Of a stretch of 64,000 bases of DNA, positions 52,215 to 64,000 are shown piece after piece (position 1 is the stretch's first letter; each line of letters starts with the position of its first letter). Both the position numbers and the translations under genes were made by a program. The DNA is from Mobula hypostoma. Its lineage: Eukaryota. The stretch lies in the NCBI RefSeq assembly GCF_963921235.1, contig NC_086109.1, positions 8,992,001 through 9,056,000 of the forward strand, in the 5' to 3' direction. The notes beneath the pieces are model-generated. The model made no database searches, was not told the origin of the DNA, and saw nothing but the letters and a program-made list of their open reading frames with translations.

Positions 52215-54975
52215 ATCTATCAGTATATGAAGAGCAAGAGGATAAGACATGAGAGAATAGGACCAATCAAGTGTGACAGAGGAAAAGTGTGTATGGAACC
52301 GGAGGAGACAGCAGAGGTACATAATGCATACTTTGCTTCAGTATTCACTACGGAAAAGGATCTTGGCGATTGTAGGGATGACTTACAGTGGACTGAAAAG
52401 CTTGAGCATGTAGATATTGTCACGTTCCTCATGACGGGAATAAAGAACCAGCAGAAATGGAAAACACTTTGGAGTCCAGTATTGCTATTAACTAATGGTA
52501 TTTATTAGTAACTACGCAATATAGTAATATAAATGTAGATAAATCCAACAGATTAGCAATGATTATATAAAAGTAAGTGTGGAATATAGATGTATGAAAA
52601 ACCAAGCTTCTTTAAGTCTGGGGTAAAAAGATACAGCCTTACGATGATGAGTAAAGTTCAGTTCAGTTCGTGGTATTGAGTTGAGTAGTGATGGAGAGAG
52701 AGAGAGGGAGAGATTTGAGTCTTCAGGTGAGCTGATGTCTTCGATCTTCTCGTTGTCCTTTGAAATCCTTTCAAAGTCACCAACTGTGACTTTAACAAAG
52801 GGGACTGGTTTTCTGTGGTATTCCCCCAGGCGAGGGTGGACACATGGACAACTCCCCCACCAGTCAACCCTTTTTCCTTCTTTCCACTGCAAGAGCGATG
52901 GATCGATCCGCCTGATCGATCCTCCAAAACCCACATTTTCTGCGGGCTCAACAATGCTCATTCAGTGTCCAAACATGTGTCTGAGGTCTGTATCATCAGA
53001 CCTCCTATTTTATCTTCCCGTGCTGAGCATCAACTGTCACTCAAATAACTCCTCCTTCCTCTCCCTCTGAAGAAATGCAAACAGGCAAAAAGTCCTTGAA
53101 GAAAGTGTCAACAACCTGCCGAAAATCATAACATCGAGTGTCCATTAAATAACACCGCCTTCGGTCACCATAGCAACTTACAAGCTGCTTGGAGCTGCCT
53201 CTCTCCAACTCAGTAGAAATCCAAAGTTACTTCCAGTGCCTTAAAGTGACAGTCCAACTGTTAGTCTTCGTCTCTCTCTTTCTCTTTTACAAACAAGCGA
53301 TCGGTGGTAAATAACTCTCTCTCTTTTCAAAAGCACAGTTCATAGGGGTACTTCAGGATCCCGTCACAATATTAAGAGAGAGGATGTGCAGGAGCTTTTG
53401 GAAAGCTTCAAGCATCAAGATATATCAGTCACTGGGACCAGACGAAATGTACACAGGGTACTGTGGGAGGTGAGGGAGGAGATTGCTGAGATTCTGGCGA
53501 TGATCTTTGAATCATCAATGTGGACGGGAGAGGTTCCAGACGATTGGAGGGTTGTGGATGTTGTTCCCTTATTCAAGAAAGGGAGTAGAGATAGCCCAGG
53601 AAATTATAGACCAGTGAGTCTTACTTCAGTGGTTGGTAAGTTGATGGAGAAGATCTTGAGAGGCAGGATTTATGAACATTTGGAAGAGGCATAATATGAT
53701 TAGGAACAGTCAGCATGGCTTTGTCAAAGGCAGGTCATGCTTTACGAACCTGATTGAATTTTTTGAGGATGTGACTAAAGACATTGATGAAGGTAGAGCC
53801 GTAGTGTGTAGTGTATATGGATTTTAGGAAGGCATTTGACAAGGTACCCCATGCTAGGCTTATTGAGAAAGTAAGGAGGCATGGGATCCAAGGGGAAATT
53901 GTTTTGTGGATCCAGAACTGGCTTGCCCACAGAAGGCAAAGAGCGGTTGTAGACGGGTCATATTCTGCATAGAGGTCAGTCACCAGTGGTGTGCCCCAGG
54001 GATCTGTTCTGGGACCCCTACTCTTCATGATTTTTATAAATGACCTGGATGAGGAAGTGGAGGGACGGGTTAGTAAATTTGCTGATGACACAAAGGTTGG
54101 GGGTGTTGTGGATAGTGTGGAGGGCTGTCAGGGGTTACAGCGGGACATTGCTGGGATGTAAAACTGGGCTGAGAAGTGGCAGATGGAGTTCAACCCAGGT
54201 AAGTGTGAGGTGGTTCATTTTGGTAGGTCAAATATGATGGCAGAATATAGTATTAATGGTAAGACTCTTGGCAGCGTGGAAGATCAGAGGGATCTTGGGT
54301 TCCGAGTCCATAGGACACTCAAAGCTGCTACACAGGTTGTCTCTGTGGTTAAGAAAGCATATGGTGCATTGGCCTTCATCAATCGTGGAATTGAATTTAG
54401 GAGCCAAGAGGTAATGTTACAGCTATATAGGACCCTGGTCAGACCCCACTTGGAGTACTGTGCTCAGTTCTGGTCGCCTCACTATAGGAAGGACATGGAA
54501 ACCATAGAAAGGGTGCAGAGGAGATTTACAAGGATGTTGCCTGGATTGGGGAGCATGCCTTATGAGAATAGGTTGAGTGAACTCGGCCTTTTTTCCTTGG
54601 AGTGACGGAGGATGAGAGGTGACCTGATAGAGGTGTATAAGATAATGAGAGGCATTGATCGTGTGGATAGTCAGAGGCTTTTTCCCAGGGCTGAAATGGC
54701 TAGCATGAGAGGGCACAGTTTTAAGGTGGTTGGAAGTAGGTACAGAGGAGATATCAGAGGTAAGTTTTTTTACACAGAGAGTGGTGAGTGCGTGGAATGG
54801 GCTGCTGGTTATGATGGTGGAGGGTCTTTTAAGAGACTCCTGGACAGGTATACCGAGCTGAGAAAAATAGAGGGCTATTGGTAACCCTAGGTCATTTCTC
54901 AGGTAAGCACATGTTCAACACAACTTTGTAGGCTGAAGGGTCTGTATTGTGCTGTAGGTTTTCTATGCTTCTATG
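52215..54975 (+). mobile_element. 5'-truncated CR1-type LINE (ORF2 RT region, disrupted)
   Basis: PLFKKG...PGNYRPVSLTSVVGK, DFRKAFDKVPH-like and KFADDTK motifs, LEYCAQFWSP; (ttcta)n-like tail; internal stops and an LTR insertion. Confidence 0.93.
52418..53368 (-). mobile_element. Solo LTR, copy 2, inserted in CR1 ORF2
   Basis: TGTCAC...GTCACA termini with a perfect ATAT TSD (52414-17 and 53369-72); CR1 coding sequence resumes across it. Confidence 0.9.
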
Positions 54976-55934
54976 CCTATCTCCCTCACTGCATCTGAGC
55001 TTCTGCTAACAGTGACATCATCTGTGAATTTAAAGATGGTGTTTGAGCTGTGCCTAGATCAGTCATGAGTGTAGAGAGAGTAGAGCGGTGGGCTAAGCAC
55101 ACAACCTTGAGCTACCAAGCTTTTGGGATCGCCGAACAGATGGTGGATCAGTGGGAATTTACTGTAATTAAATAAACATGGAATTTACACTAATCTCGGG
55201 AGCCTCATCCACAAAGATTGCAGTGAAAACCCATCTGGTCCATTGTCCTCACCTTCTCCGTCCTTTATGCAACGTCAGTCCCACAGATGCGGTTAACTCT
55301 TTACTTCGCCCCAGTGCAGGGGCAAATAAAGACGCTGGAGTCGCCAGTGAAGAAACTTCCCGTGAATAGACTTGACTGGGAAAGCACGAGGTGGAAGGGT
55401 TATGCGGTGCAGTCAGGATGACTTGCAAGCTCCTCAGATGAGTGAGAAAATAAATGCGAGATTGCAGGATACATTACCTGTGGCCTCCCCCCCCCCGCCC
55501 CTCACCCCTCTACTGCCAGCGTTGGCCCCCACATCTAAAATATAGCAGCACATAGTGTACCAGTTAGTGTAAAGCGTTAGACTATAAGATATTGGAGTAA
55601 ATTAGGCCATTTGGCCCATTGAGTTTGCTCCATTTCATCATGATCAGCCATCATTGATCGGGGTTCAATTCCTGCCGCTGCCGGTGGTGGCTTTGCACCG
55701 TTGGTTTCTAAGCCGAGCAGATTTCAGTTTCTGCGCTCGCGGTTCCTCTCATACTGAGCAGCATTAGTTTTGCAGCAGCACATCATCAGTAGGATGATAA
55801 CTCTTGGTCCTCAGTCCAAAATAATTGTGCATTAGATAGGAACGTGGAGGCAACACTGTGGTGTAGCGGTTGGATTAATGCTGTAAGATTGGGGTTCGAC
55901 TCCCGCCACAGGGAGAATGTAAAAGCTCCTTTCA

Positions 55935-56395
55935 CAAGAACATAAGAAATAGGAGCAGGAGTAGGCCATCCAGCCCCGCCATTCAACAAGATCACGGCTG
56001 ATCTGTCCGTAAACTCAGCTCCATCTACCTGCCTTTTCCCCATAACCCTTAATTTCCCTACTATCTAAAAATCTATCTAACTGTATTTTAAATATATTTA
56101 GTGAAGAAGCCTCAACTGCTTCCCTGGGCAGAGAATTTCACAGATTCACCACTCTCTGGGAACAACAGTTTCTCATCTCTGTCCTAAATCTTCTCCCCTG
56201 AATCTTGAAGCAACGTCCCCTAGTTCTAGACTCACCTACCAATGGAAACAACTTTCCTACTTCTATCTTAGCTATCCCTTTCAAAATTTTGTATGTTTCT
56301 ATAAGATCCCCTCTCATTCTTCTGAATTCCAGAGAGTATAGTTCCAGGCGACTCAAATTCTCCTCATAGGTTAACCGCTTCATCTCTGGAATCAC
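55935..56395 (-). mobile_element. CR1-type LINE 3' fragment
   Basis: RRMRGDLIETYKILKG motif and 3' tail. Confidence 0.85.
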
Positions 56396-56910
56396 TGTCT
56401 GTAATAACTGTCCAATAGACTCCTGTCTGTAAGGAGTTTGTGCATTCTCCCTGTGGGTTTCTTCCTCCAGTCCAAAGATGCACGGGTTAGGGTCAGCGAG
56501 TTGTGGGCATGCTATGTTGGCGCTCGGAAGCGTGACCACACTTGTGGGCTGCACCCCTGCAAATCCTTGGAATGTTAGTCGTTGACACAAACAACATTTT
56601 CTCGACATATTGTTTCGATGTACGTGTGACAAATAAAGTTAATCTTTAAATCAATGAGGGGCACGAGTAGGGTGAGTGCTCAGTCTTTTTCCCCAGGGAA
56701 AGGAAAATTAAAAACTACCAGGCATGGATTGGTTTAGGGTGAGAGGGGAAAGGTCTAAACTGGACTTGAAGGGCAACTTTTCACCCAGACAATAAGCTGC
56801 CTGTGGAAGTGGTTGAAGAAGCTACAATAACAGCATTTAAAATACATACATTTACATTGCATAACTACATAGAGGTACAGAAAGTTGTCAAAAAAGGGCC
56901 AGTAACATCA

Positions 56911-57090
56911 ACATGCGGAAATCTGCAGATGCTGGAATTTCAAGCAACACACATAAAAGTTGCTGGTGAACGCAGCTATAGGAAGAGGTACAGTTGACGT
57001 TTCGGCCGAGACCCTTCATCAGGCCTACATAGTACCTCTTCCTATATCTGCCTGGCCTGCTGCGTTCACCAGCAATTTTTATGTGTGTTG
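56911..57090. mobile_element. Penelope-derived inverted mini-element with 13-bp TSD
   Basis: Flanked by gccagtaacatca (56898-56910 and 57090-57102); inverted arms; minus-strand CTGATGA-AGGGTCTCGGCC-GAAA-CGTC core. Confidence 0.8.
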
Positions 57091-57690
57091 CCAGTAACAT
57101 CATGAAGGATCCTACCCATTCTGGCCATGGCCTGTTTGTTCCACTCCATTGGGACGGATTTTACGTAGCATCCACGCCAGGACCACCAGACTCAAATGGA
57201 GTTACTTTCCCCAAGCAGTAAGGCTGATCAACACCTCCACGCACTAACCCATCTCTCCACACCCCCAACCACCTGTCAGTCACCTTATGTACCAACACTG
57301 CTATACCTAGTGTCACTTCATAGACAATGTATACAATTTCTCTTATGTATTTATATTTATTGGGTTTTTGTTATTACGTTATTTGTATGTTCTGTGTTGA
57401 ATGGATCTGGAGTTACAAATATTTTATTCTCCTTGACACGGGTACAGGAAATGACATTAAACAAACTTAAAATGTCTTGAATAAGTAGGAAAGGTTTAGA
57501 GTAGGGGCTCCCAAGCTGGGATTCACAGATCCCCAAGCTTAATGGTATTGGTCCATGACATAAAAAAAAGATTGGGAAACCCTGGTTTAAGACCCTAGAT
57601 CCAAGTACGATCAAATTGGACTAGCTTAGCCCCAATGGGGCTGAAATGCTCTATCACTCTATGACTCAATATTCAAATAAAGTAAAAACA

Positions 57691-57747
57691 GACTACAACT
57701 CCCATGAGCCTCTGCAGTCAGCACCCAAAGCTCCCATAATGCATCAG
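57691..57747 (+). promoter_or_regulatory. Tandem ZNF143/Staf-like motifs (ACTACAnnTCCCA and TCCCATAATGCA)
   Basis: GACTACAACTCCCATGAGCC and CTCCCATAATGCATC lie 40 bp apart; there is no CpG island. Confidence 0.35.
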
Positions 57748-57887
57748 AGGTCACTTTTTAATAGTGTAAGCAACTCTTTCTGTTGATCTGGAGTATAATT
57801 ATACTTACATAAGAACTAACGAATCCCAGATACATATATCATGTCCCACAAGCATCAACATTTAGAATCAAGCACAAGTTACACACA

Positions 57888-58166
57888 AGAGTTAGCCTCA
57901 GTTGATTTATTTGAATAGTTTCCCTATGAATTTAAGGAGCTAATAACATTGAGGATGTAGTCAGTGCTGTGATAACTTAAAGTATTGTCGATGGGGAAAA
58001 GGAGCAATTGCTGATTATCCCATCCATTCACTTGGAACAGCAGTGTCTGTCCGTTCATTACGCAAAGGCCCTAGAACTGCTGCTGCAGTAATTCTGCTCG
58101 TAGTCTCGATCATTGCAGCAGGCCCTTGGCGATAGTGGTCTTCCAGCTTTTGCCAAGCCCCCTAGT
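57888..58166 (-). other. TOMM6: TOMM6 putative terminal non-coding (3'UTR) exon
   Basis: Minus-strand acceptor tctgtgcttcgtttccag ending at 58167; AATAAA at 57911-57906; downstream GU-rich tract (ctcttgtgtgtaacttgtgctt). Non-repetitive sequence. Confidence 0.65.
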
Positions 58167-58790
58167 CTGGAAACGAAGCACAGACATCATTATGTACAGC
58201 TGGATACAGGGTGGATGAATAAGAACATCTACTTGCAACAGGACAGAAACAGATGCAAAAGTTGTTTTAAAGATTAGCTTCACTTATCACATGTACACCG
58301 AAACATACAGGGAAATATGTGCCTTGCGTCATGAGCGATGCAGTCCGAGGATGTGCTGTGGGCAGCTGCAAATATCGCCAATGCAAGCCAAAATCAAACA
58401 AAAGTAAGGAGAGCGAGAAGGTGTGGAAGGACCACCATTGTAATATATAGCAGTGAAAATTTCAGTCCGAGCTTGAGTTCATTTTCACCATGTTTCAGAT
58501 CACCACGAAGGCAAAGTGGACGAATGTTGGTAAAGTAAATTTTTTTGGGGTAGCGTGGTTAGCGTAACGTTATGACAGCGCCTGCGACTGGGGCTCAGTT
58601 CCTGCCACTGTTTGTAAGGAGTTAGTGCGTTCTCCCTGTGACTGCACCTGCTTCACTCAGCTCCAGACTCCTCGCGTCCCAAAGGCGTACGAGTTAGGGT
58701 TAGATTATGTCAACAGTTGAGGGCCGCCCCCAGCACATCGTCAGTCTGAACTGGTCACTGGTGCAACATCTCACTGCATGTTATCAAGTA

Positions 58791-59472
58791 CCGGACTCTG
58801 CAAAAGTCTTAGGTACAAATAGGCTGTCGAAGACTTTTGCACATACTGTAGTAATTTTATGTGTTGCACTGCTGTCACAAACAAAAAATAAATTTCATGA
58901 CTTATAGGAGTGATGATAAATCTAATTCTGATATGGATCTTTACTGTGGACTGAGAGTGGGAAGGGAAATTATGCTTGGAAAAGGTGGAAGGGAGTGGGG
59001 GGGGGCGGGGAGAGCAGGAAGCACCAGAGACATTCTGTACTGATCTATAAACCGATTGTTTGGAATCAAATGACCTTGCCTGGTGTCTCGGGGCTGGGTG
59101 AGTCTGCACCTGTGCCACCCCCTGCCCGTGGCACTCCTCCTCTGCCACCTGTCCCACACCTTCTCGCAGTGCAGCCTCGCCATTCCCAACACCCTTCGCT
59201 CCTCTGCTCCCCCTCCAGGTTTCACCTATCACCTTGTGTTTCTCCCTCCCCTCCCCCCATTTTAAATCCAGTCCTCAGCTCTTTTCTCCAGTCCTGTCGA
59301 AGGGTCTCGGCCCGAAACGCCGACCGTGCTTTATTTCCCCTATAGATGCTGCCTGGCCTGCTGAGCTTCCTCCAGCATTTTGTGTGTAATCCTTTGCTCC
59401 TGCCAGCTTTACAAACTCTACTCCACGTTGACAAATACAGTACTGTGCAAAAGTCTTTGGTACCCTAGCTAC
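58791..59472. mobile_element. Composite element copy 3, interrupted by a Penelope-like end (~59212-59387)
   Basis: Same termini and interior as copies 1 and 2. Confidence 0.7.
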
Positions 59473-59749
59473 ACTTGCAACGCATAAAGCTCATCTTTAA
59501 TCTACATCGTATTTATGAAGGTGAAGGTAAGAACACTATAATGTGAACATTGCCTTTGGATCAGGAGGAATGCCGATGTTTAACTTCGCGTGACAACAGA
59601 TAAAATATTGTTCTGAATTTTTAATCAACAGTTGAAGCAACATGTATATCGGATAATTATCACCATTAAATATTAGGCATCCATTATTGTTGAGTGGAGA
59701 GCAAGTGAGGAAAGAAATGAGAAGATCCCACCACGTGAAGGCAGAATGC

Positions 59750-60850
59750 ACGGTTAATGGCAGATTTCTTCATGTGGAGGAACAGAGGGATCTTGGGGCC
59801 CACGCCCATTAATCCCTCAAGGTTGCCACACACGTTGATGGTCGTTCAGAAGGCACGTAGTGTGTTGGACTTCATTAGTTGGGGAATTGAGTTCAAGAGC
59901 CTCTATCAAACTCTGATTAAATCACACTTGGAGTATCCTGTTCAGTTCCAGTTGCCTCATTACAGAAGCCTCAGAGAGGAATCAGGATTTCACCAGGATA
60001 CTGCTTGGATTAGAGGGCATATTTTATGAGGATAGGTTGAATGGGTTACAGCTTTTCAATTTGGAGCAAAAGAGGGTGAAAGGTGACTTGATAGAGCTGC
60101 AGAGGATGACACAAGGCACTCACAGAGCGGTCGGCCAGAGACCTTTTCCCAGGGCAGAAATGGCTAATACAAGAGAAGGTATAAAGTGACCGGAGGAGAG
60201 TATAGAGGGGATGTCAGAGGTAGGGTTGTGTTGTGTGTTTTTTTTACACAGAGAGAGGTGGGTGCCTGGACTGCCCTGTCAGTGGTGGTGGTAGGGGCAG
60301 ATACAGTGGGGACATAGGCATATGGATATAAGAAAACTGGCAGGCTATGTGGGAGGGAAGGGTTCGATTGACCTTTGAGTACATTAAAAAGTCAGCACAA
60401 CATTATGGGCCTGAACTGTGCTGTACACAGAACACTACAGCACAGGAGAAAGCCGACCTATTATTCCATCTAGTCCCATCCACCTGCACTGGACCATAGC
60501 CTGCCATACCCCTCCCAATCATGTTCCTATCCCTTAGATGTTGAAATCAAATCCACAACCACCACTTCTGCTGGTAGCTCATTCCACACTCTGAGAAGTT
60601 CCTGCTCACGTTCCCCTTAAACATTTCAACCTTATCCCATGACCTTTGGCTCTAATCTCAGCCTGCTTCAATTTACCCTATCTATATCCTTCATAACTTT
60701 GTATATCTCCTCTCATTCTCTTACCCTCCAGGGAGTAAAGTCCTAATCTGTTCAACCTTTTCCTATATCTCAGGTCCTAAAGTCCCAGCAACTTCCTTGC
60801 AAATTTTCTCAAGACTCTTTTAAAATGTTTTGATATCGTTCCTGTAGGTA
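59750..60850. mobile_element. Two decayed CR1 3' fragments, tail-to-tail
   Basis: A + fragment at ~59750-60430 and a - fragment at ~60430-60850, both with CR1 3' motifs. Confidence 0.75.
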
Positions 60851-61030
60851 GCTGTTCTGTGATTTAATCGTAGAACCCTCGCAGGAACCAGCACTTTGAC
60901 CCGTCAGGAAAGTAAAAGCACTGAACCTGCTATCAGCCTGATCCTCTCCTCACCATTACTCAGCCCATCACTAATGCTGCAGAGAGGGTAGAAAGAGATT
61001 GCAGTGCTGGAGAACTTACCGAGATCTTGT

Positions 61031-61127
61031 CTACTGAATGGGCTGAGGAGCCATTAGATCGATGTCTGAAAGGTTTCGGGCGATATAAACTCCCACAGCA
61101 AACAGCCCAATGTTTACAATCAGGTTC
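61031..61127 (-). CDS. TOMM6: TOMM6 (TOM complex subunit Tom6) C-terminal coding exon: (R)NLIVNIGLFAVGVYIARNLSDIDLMAPQPIQ*
   Basis: Minus-strand acceptor ttctttcctaacag, then 97 coding nt ending in TAG, then a G|gtaagt donor 11 nt after the stop (61020/61019). The peptide matches the vertebrate Tom6 C-terminus as recalled (NLILNLGLFAAGVWLARNLSDIDLMAPQPGV). Exon 1 was not found and probably lies beyond the window. Confidence 0.92.
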
Positions 61128-61480
61128 CTGTTAGGAAAGAAGAAATGAATCAGCTGGAATTGTTCAGCTGACGGATAAATGGAGGGCAGGGCAGGAGGGA
61201 AGAGTTAGATTGACTGAGTCCTAGAAATGTAGAGCACAGAAACAGGCCCTTCAGCTCATCTAGTCCTTGCTGAACTATTAAACTGCTTAGTCCCATCGAC
61301 CTACACCCAGTTCCTAGACATCCTATCACAGAAAAGAGTACTTGGACCCGAAGGGAGTGCTTCGGAAAATCTCTATTGATGCATGATACCATGGAGAGCC
61401 CAAGCTCCTAAAGCGGGGTCTTGGAACTCTGTCAAACAAGAAAACTCAGTCGTATTTATACATGAATGGTACAACAGACA

Positions 61481-64000
61481 CAATAGACAATAGGTGCAGG
61501 AGTAGGCCATTCGGCCCTTCGAGCCAGCACCGCCATTCACTGTGATCATGGCTGATCATCCACTATCAGTATCCAGTTCCTGCCTTATCCCCATAACCTT
61601 TGATTCCACTATCTTTAAGAGCTCTATCCATCTCTTTTTTGAAAACATCCAGAGACTTGGCCACCACAGCCTACTGGGGCAGAGCATTCCATATATCCAC
61701 CACTCTCTGGGTGAAAAAGTTTTTCCTCAACTCCGTTCTAAATGGCCTACCCCTTATTCTTAAACTGTGGCCTCTGGTTCTGGACTCACCCATCAGCGGG
61801 AACATGCTTCCTGCCTCCAGCGTGTCCAATCCCTTAATAATCTTATATGTTTCAATAAGATCCCCTCTCAGCCTTCTAAATTCCAGAACCCAGTCGCTCC
61901 AATCTTTCGACATATGACAGTCCCACCATCTCGGGAATTAACCTTGTGAACCTAGGCTGCACTCCCTCAATAGCAAGAATGTTCTTCCACCAAATTTGGA
62001 GACCAAAACTGCACACAGTACTCCAGGTATGTTCTCACCAGGGCCCTGTACAGCTGTAGAAGGACCTCTTTGCTCTTATACTCAATTGCCCTTGTTATGA
62101 AGGCCAGCATGCCATTAGCTTTCTTCATTGCCTGCTGTACTTGCATGCTTGCTTTCAGTGACTGATGTACAAGAACACCTAGATCTCGTTGTGCTTCCCC
62201 TTTTCCTAACTTGACTCCATTTAGATAATAATCTGCCTTCCTGTTCTTACCACCAAAGTGGATAACCACACATTTATCCACATTAAACTGCATCTGCCCA
62301 CTCACCCAGCCTGTCCAAGTCACCCTGCATTCTCATAACATCCTCCTCACATTCCACACTAACACCCAGCTTTGTGTCATCAGCAAATTTGCTAATGTTA
62401 CTTTTAATTCCCTCATCTAAATCATTAATATATATTGTAAACAGCTGCGGTCCCAGCACTGAACTCTGCAGTACCCCACTGGTCACCGCCTGCCATTCCG
62501 AAAGGGACCCATTAATCACTACTCTTTGTTTCCTGTCTGCCAGCCAATTTTCAATCCATGTCAGTACTCTGCCCCCAATACCATGTGCCCTAATTTTGCC
62601 CACTAATCTCCTATGTGGGACTTTATCAAAGGCTTTCTGAAAGTCCAGGTACACTACATCCACTGGCTCTCCCTTGTCCATTTTCATAGTTACATCCTCA
62701 AAAAATTCCAGAAGAATTAGTCAAGCACGATTTTCCCTTCGTAAATCCATGCTGACTCGGACCGATCCTGTTACTGCTATCCAGATGTGTCGTAATTTCA
62801 TCTTTTATAATTGACTCCAGCATCTTTCCCACCACTGACGTCAGGCTAACCGGTCTATAATTCCCTGTTTTCTCTCTTCCTCCCTTCTTGAAGAGAGGGA
62901 CAACATTAGCCACCCTCCAATCCACAGGAACTGATCCTGAATCTATAGAACATTGGAAAATGATTACCAATGCATCCACGATTTCTAAAGCCACCTCCTT
63001 AAGTACCCTGGGATGCAGACCATCAGGTCCCGGGGACTTATCAGCCTTCAGACCCAACAGTCTATCCAACACCATTTCCTGCCTAATATAAATTTCCTTC
63101 AGTTCATCCATTACCCTAAGTCCTTTGGCCACTATTATATCTGGGAGATTGTTTGTGTCCTCCCTAGTGAAGACAGATCCAAAGTACTTGTTCAACTCGT
63201 CTGCCATTTCCTTGTACCCCATAATAAATTCACCCATTTCTGTCTTCAAGGGCCCAATTTTGGTCTTAACTATTTTTTTCCTTTTCATATACCTAAAGAA
63301 GCTTTTACTATCCTCCTTTATATTCTTGGCTAGTTTACCTTCGTACCTCATTTTTTCTCCGCGTATTGCCTTTTTAGTTACCTTCTGTTGCTCTTTAAAA
63401 GTTTCCCAATCCTCCAGCTTCCCACTCGTCTTTGCTATGTTATACTTCTTCTCTTTTAGTTTTATACTGTCCATTACTTCCCTTGTCAGCCACGGCCTCC
63501 CCTTACTCCCCTTAGGATCTTTCTTCCTCTTTGGAACGAACTGATCCTACACCTTCCGCATTATTCCCAGAAACACTTGTCATTGCTGTTCCACTGTCAT
63601 CCCTGCTAGGGTATTGTTCCATTGAACTTTGGCCAGCTCCTCCCTCATAGCACCATAGTTCCCTTTGTTCAACTGTAATACTGACACTTCCGAGTTTCCC
63701 TTCTCCCTCTCAAATTGTAGATTAAAACTTATCATATTATGGTCACTACCTCCTAATGGCTCCTTTACCTCGAGGTCCCTGATCAAATCCGGTTCATTGC
63801 ACAATACTAAATCTAGAACTGCGTTCTCTCTGGTAGGCTCCAGTACAAGCTGTTCTAAGAATCTATCTCGGAGGGACTCCACAAACTCACTTTCTTGGGG
63901 TCCAGTACCAACCTGATTCCTCCAGTCTACCTGCATGTTGAAACCCCCATAACAACTGTAGCATTACCTTTGTGACATGCCAATTTTAACTCTTGATTCA
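61481..64000 (-). mobile_element. Relatively young CR1-type LINE (ORF2 EN C-terminus and RT, frameshifted) in a TOMM6 intron
   Basis: ORF pieces include LDLVLCN...GSDH (endonuclease end), KSPGPDGLHP, YRPVSLTS, YLDFQKAFDKVPH and KFADDTK. The element runs off the window end. Confidence 0.95.

Noticed and set aside
33185..53368. One 20-kb provirus bounded by the two LTRs
   Set aside because: Each LTR has its own different TSD, and the interval holds a host exon rather than gag/pol.
61481..64000. Active LINE or domesticated reverse transcriptase
   Set aside because: ORF2 is broken into several frames by frameshifts and stops.

Overview
This is eukaryotic, vertebrate genomic DNA; the V-SINE/CR1/Penelope/Rex1 repeat landscape suggests a cartilaginous fish (inference). 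The + strand carries the complete five-exon coding region of the deubiquitinase USP49 (423-1835, 24275-24473, 29894-30002, 31812-32017, 39058-39251; 706 aa; all GT-AG with consistent phases). The 3' part of TOMM6 lies tail-to-tail on the - strand (coding exon 61127-61031, missed by the ORF track, plus a 3'UTR exon near 58166-57890). The rest is intronic, UTR or intergenic and rich in transposons: a decayed IR/DR Tc1 element, CR1 and Rex1-like LINE fragments, V-SINEs, two solo LTRs with 4-bp TSDs, an ERV-like 3' remnant, MITEs and many Penelope-like ends. The most notable observations are: minimal hammerhead-ribozyme motifs in TSD-flanked palindromic Penelope-derived mini-elements; an ERV-like remnant whose last ORF has a transmembrane segment and a YLNM-x6-YEEI signalling-type tail; a 6.9-kb CA/CT array with ~1.2-kb higher-order periodicity that grew inside a SINE; a degenerate intronic copy of part of a USP49 exon; and a composite MITE-flanked element present three times. 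No prokaryotic system, CRISPR array, rRNA or tRNA gene was found. Repeat-family names come from motif recognition, not database searches.
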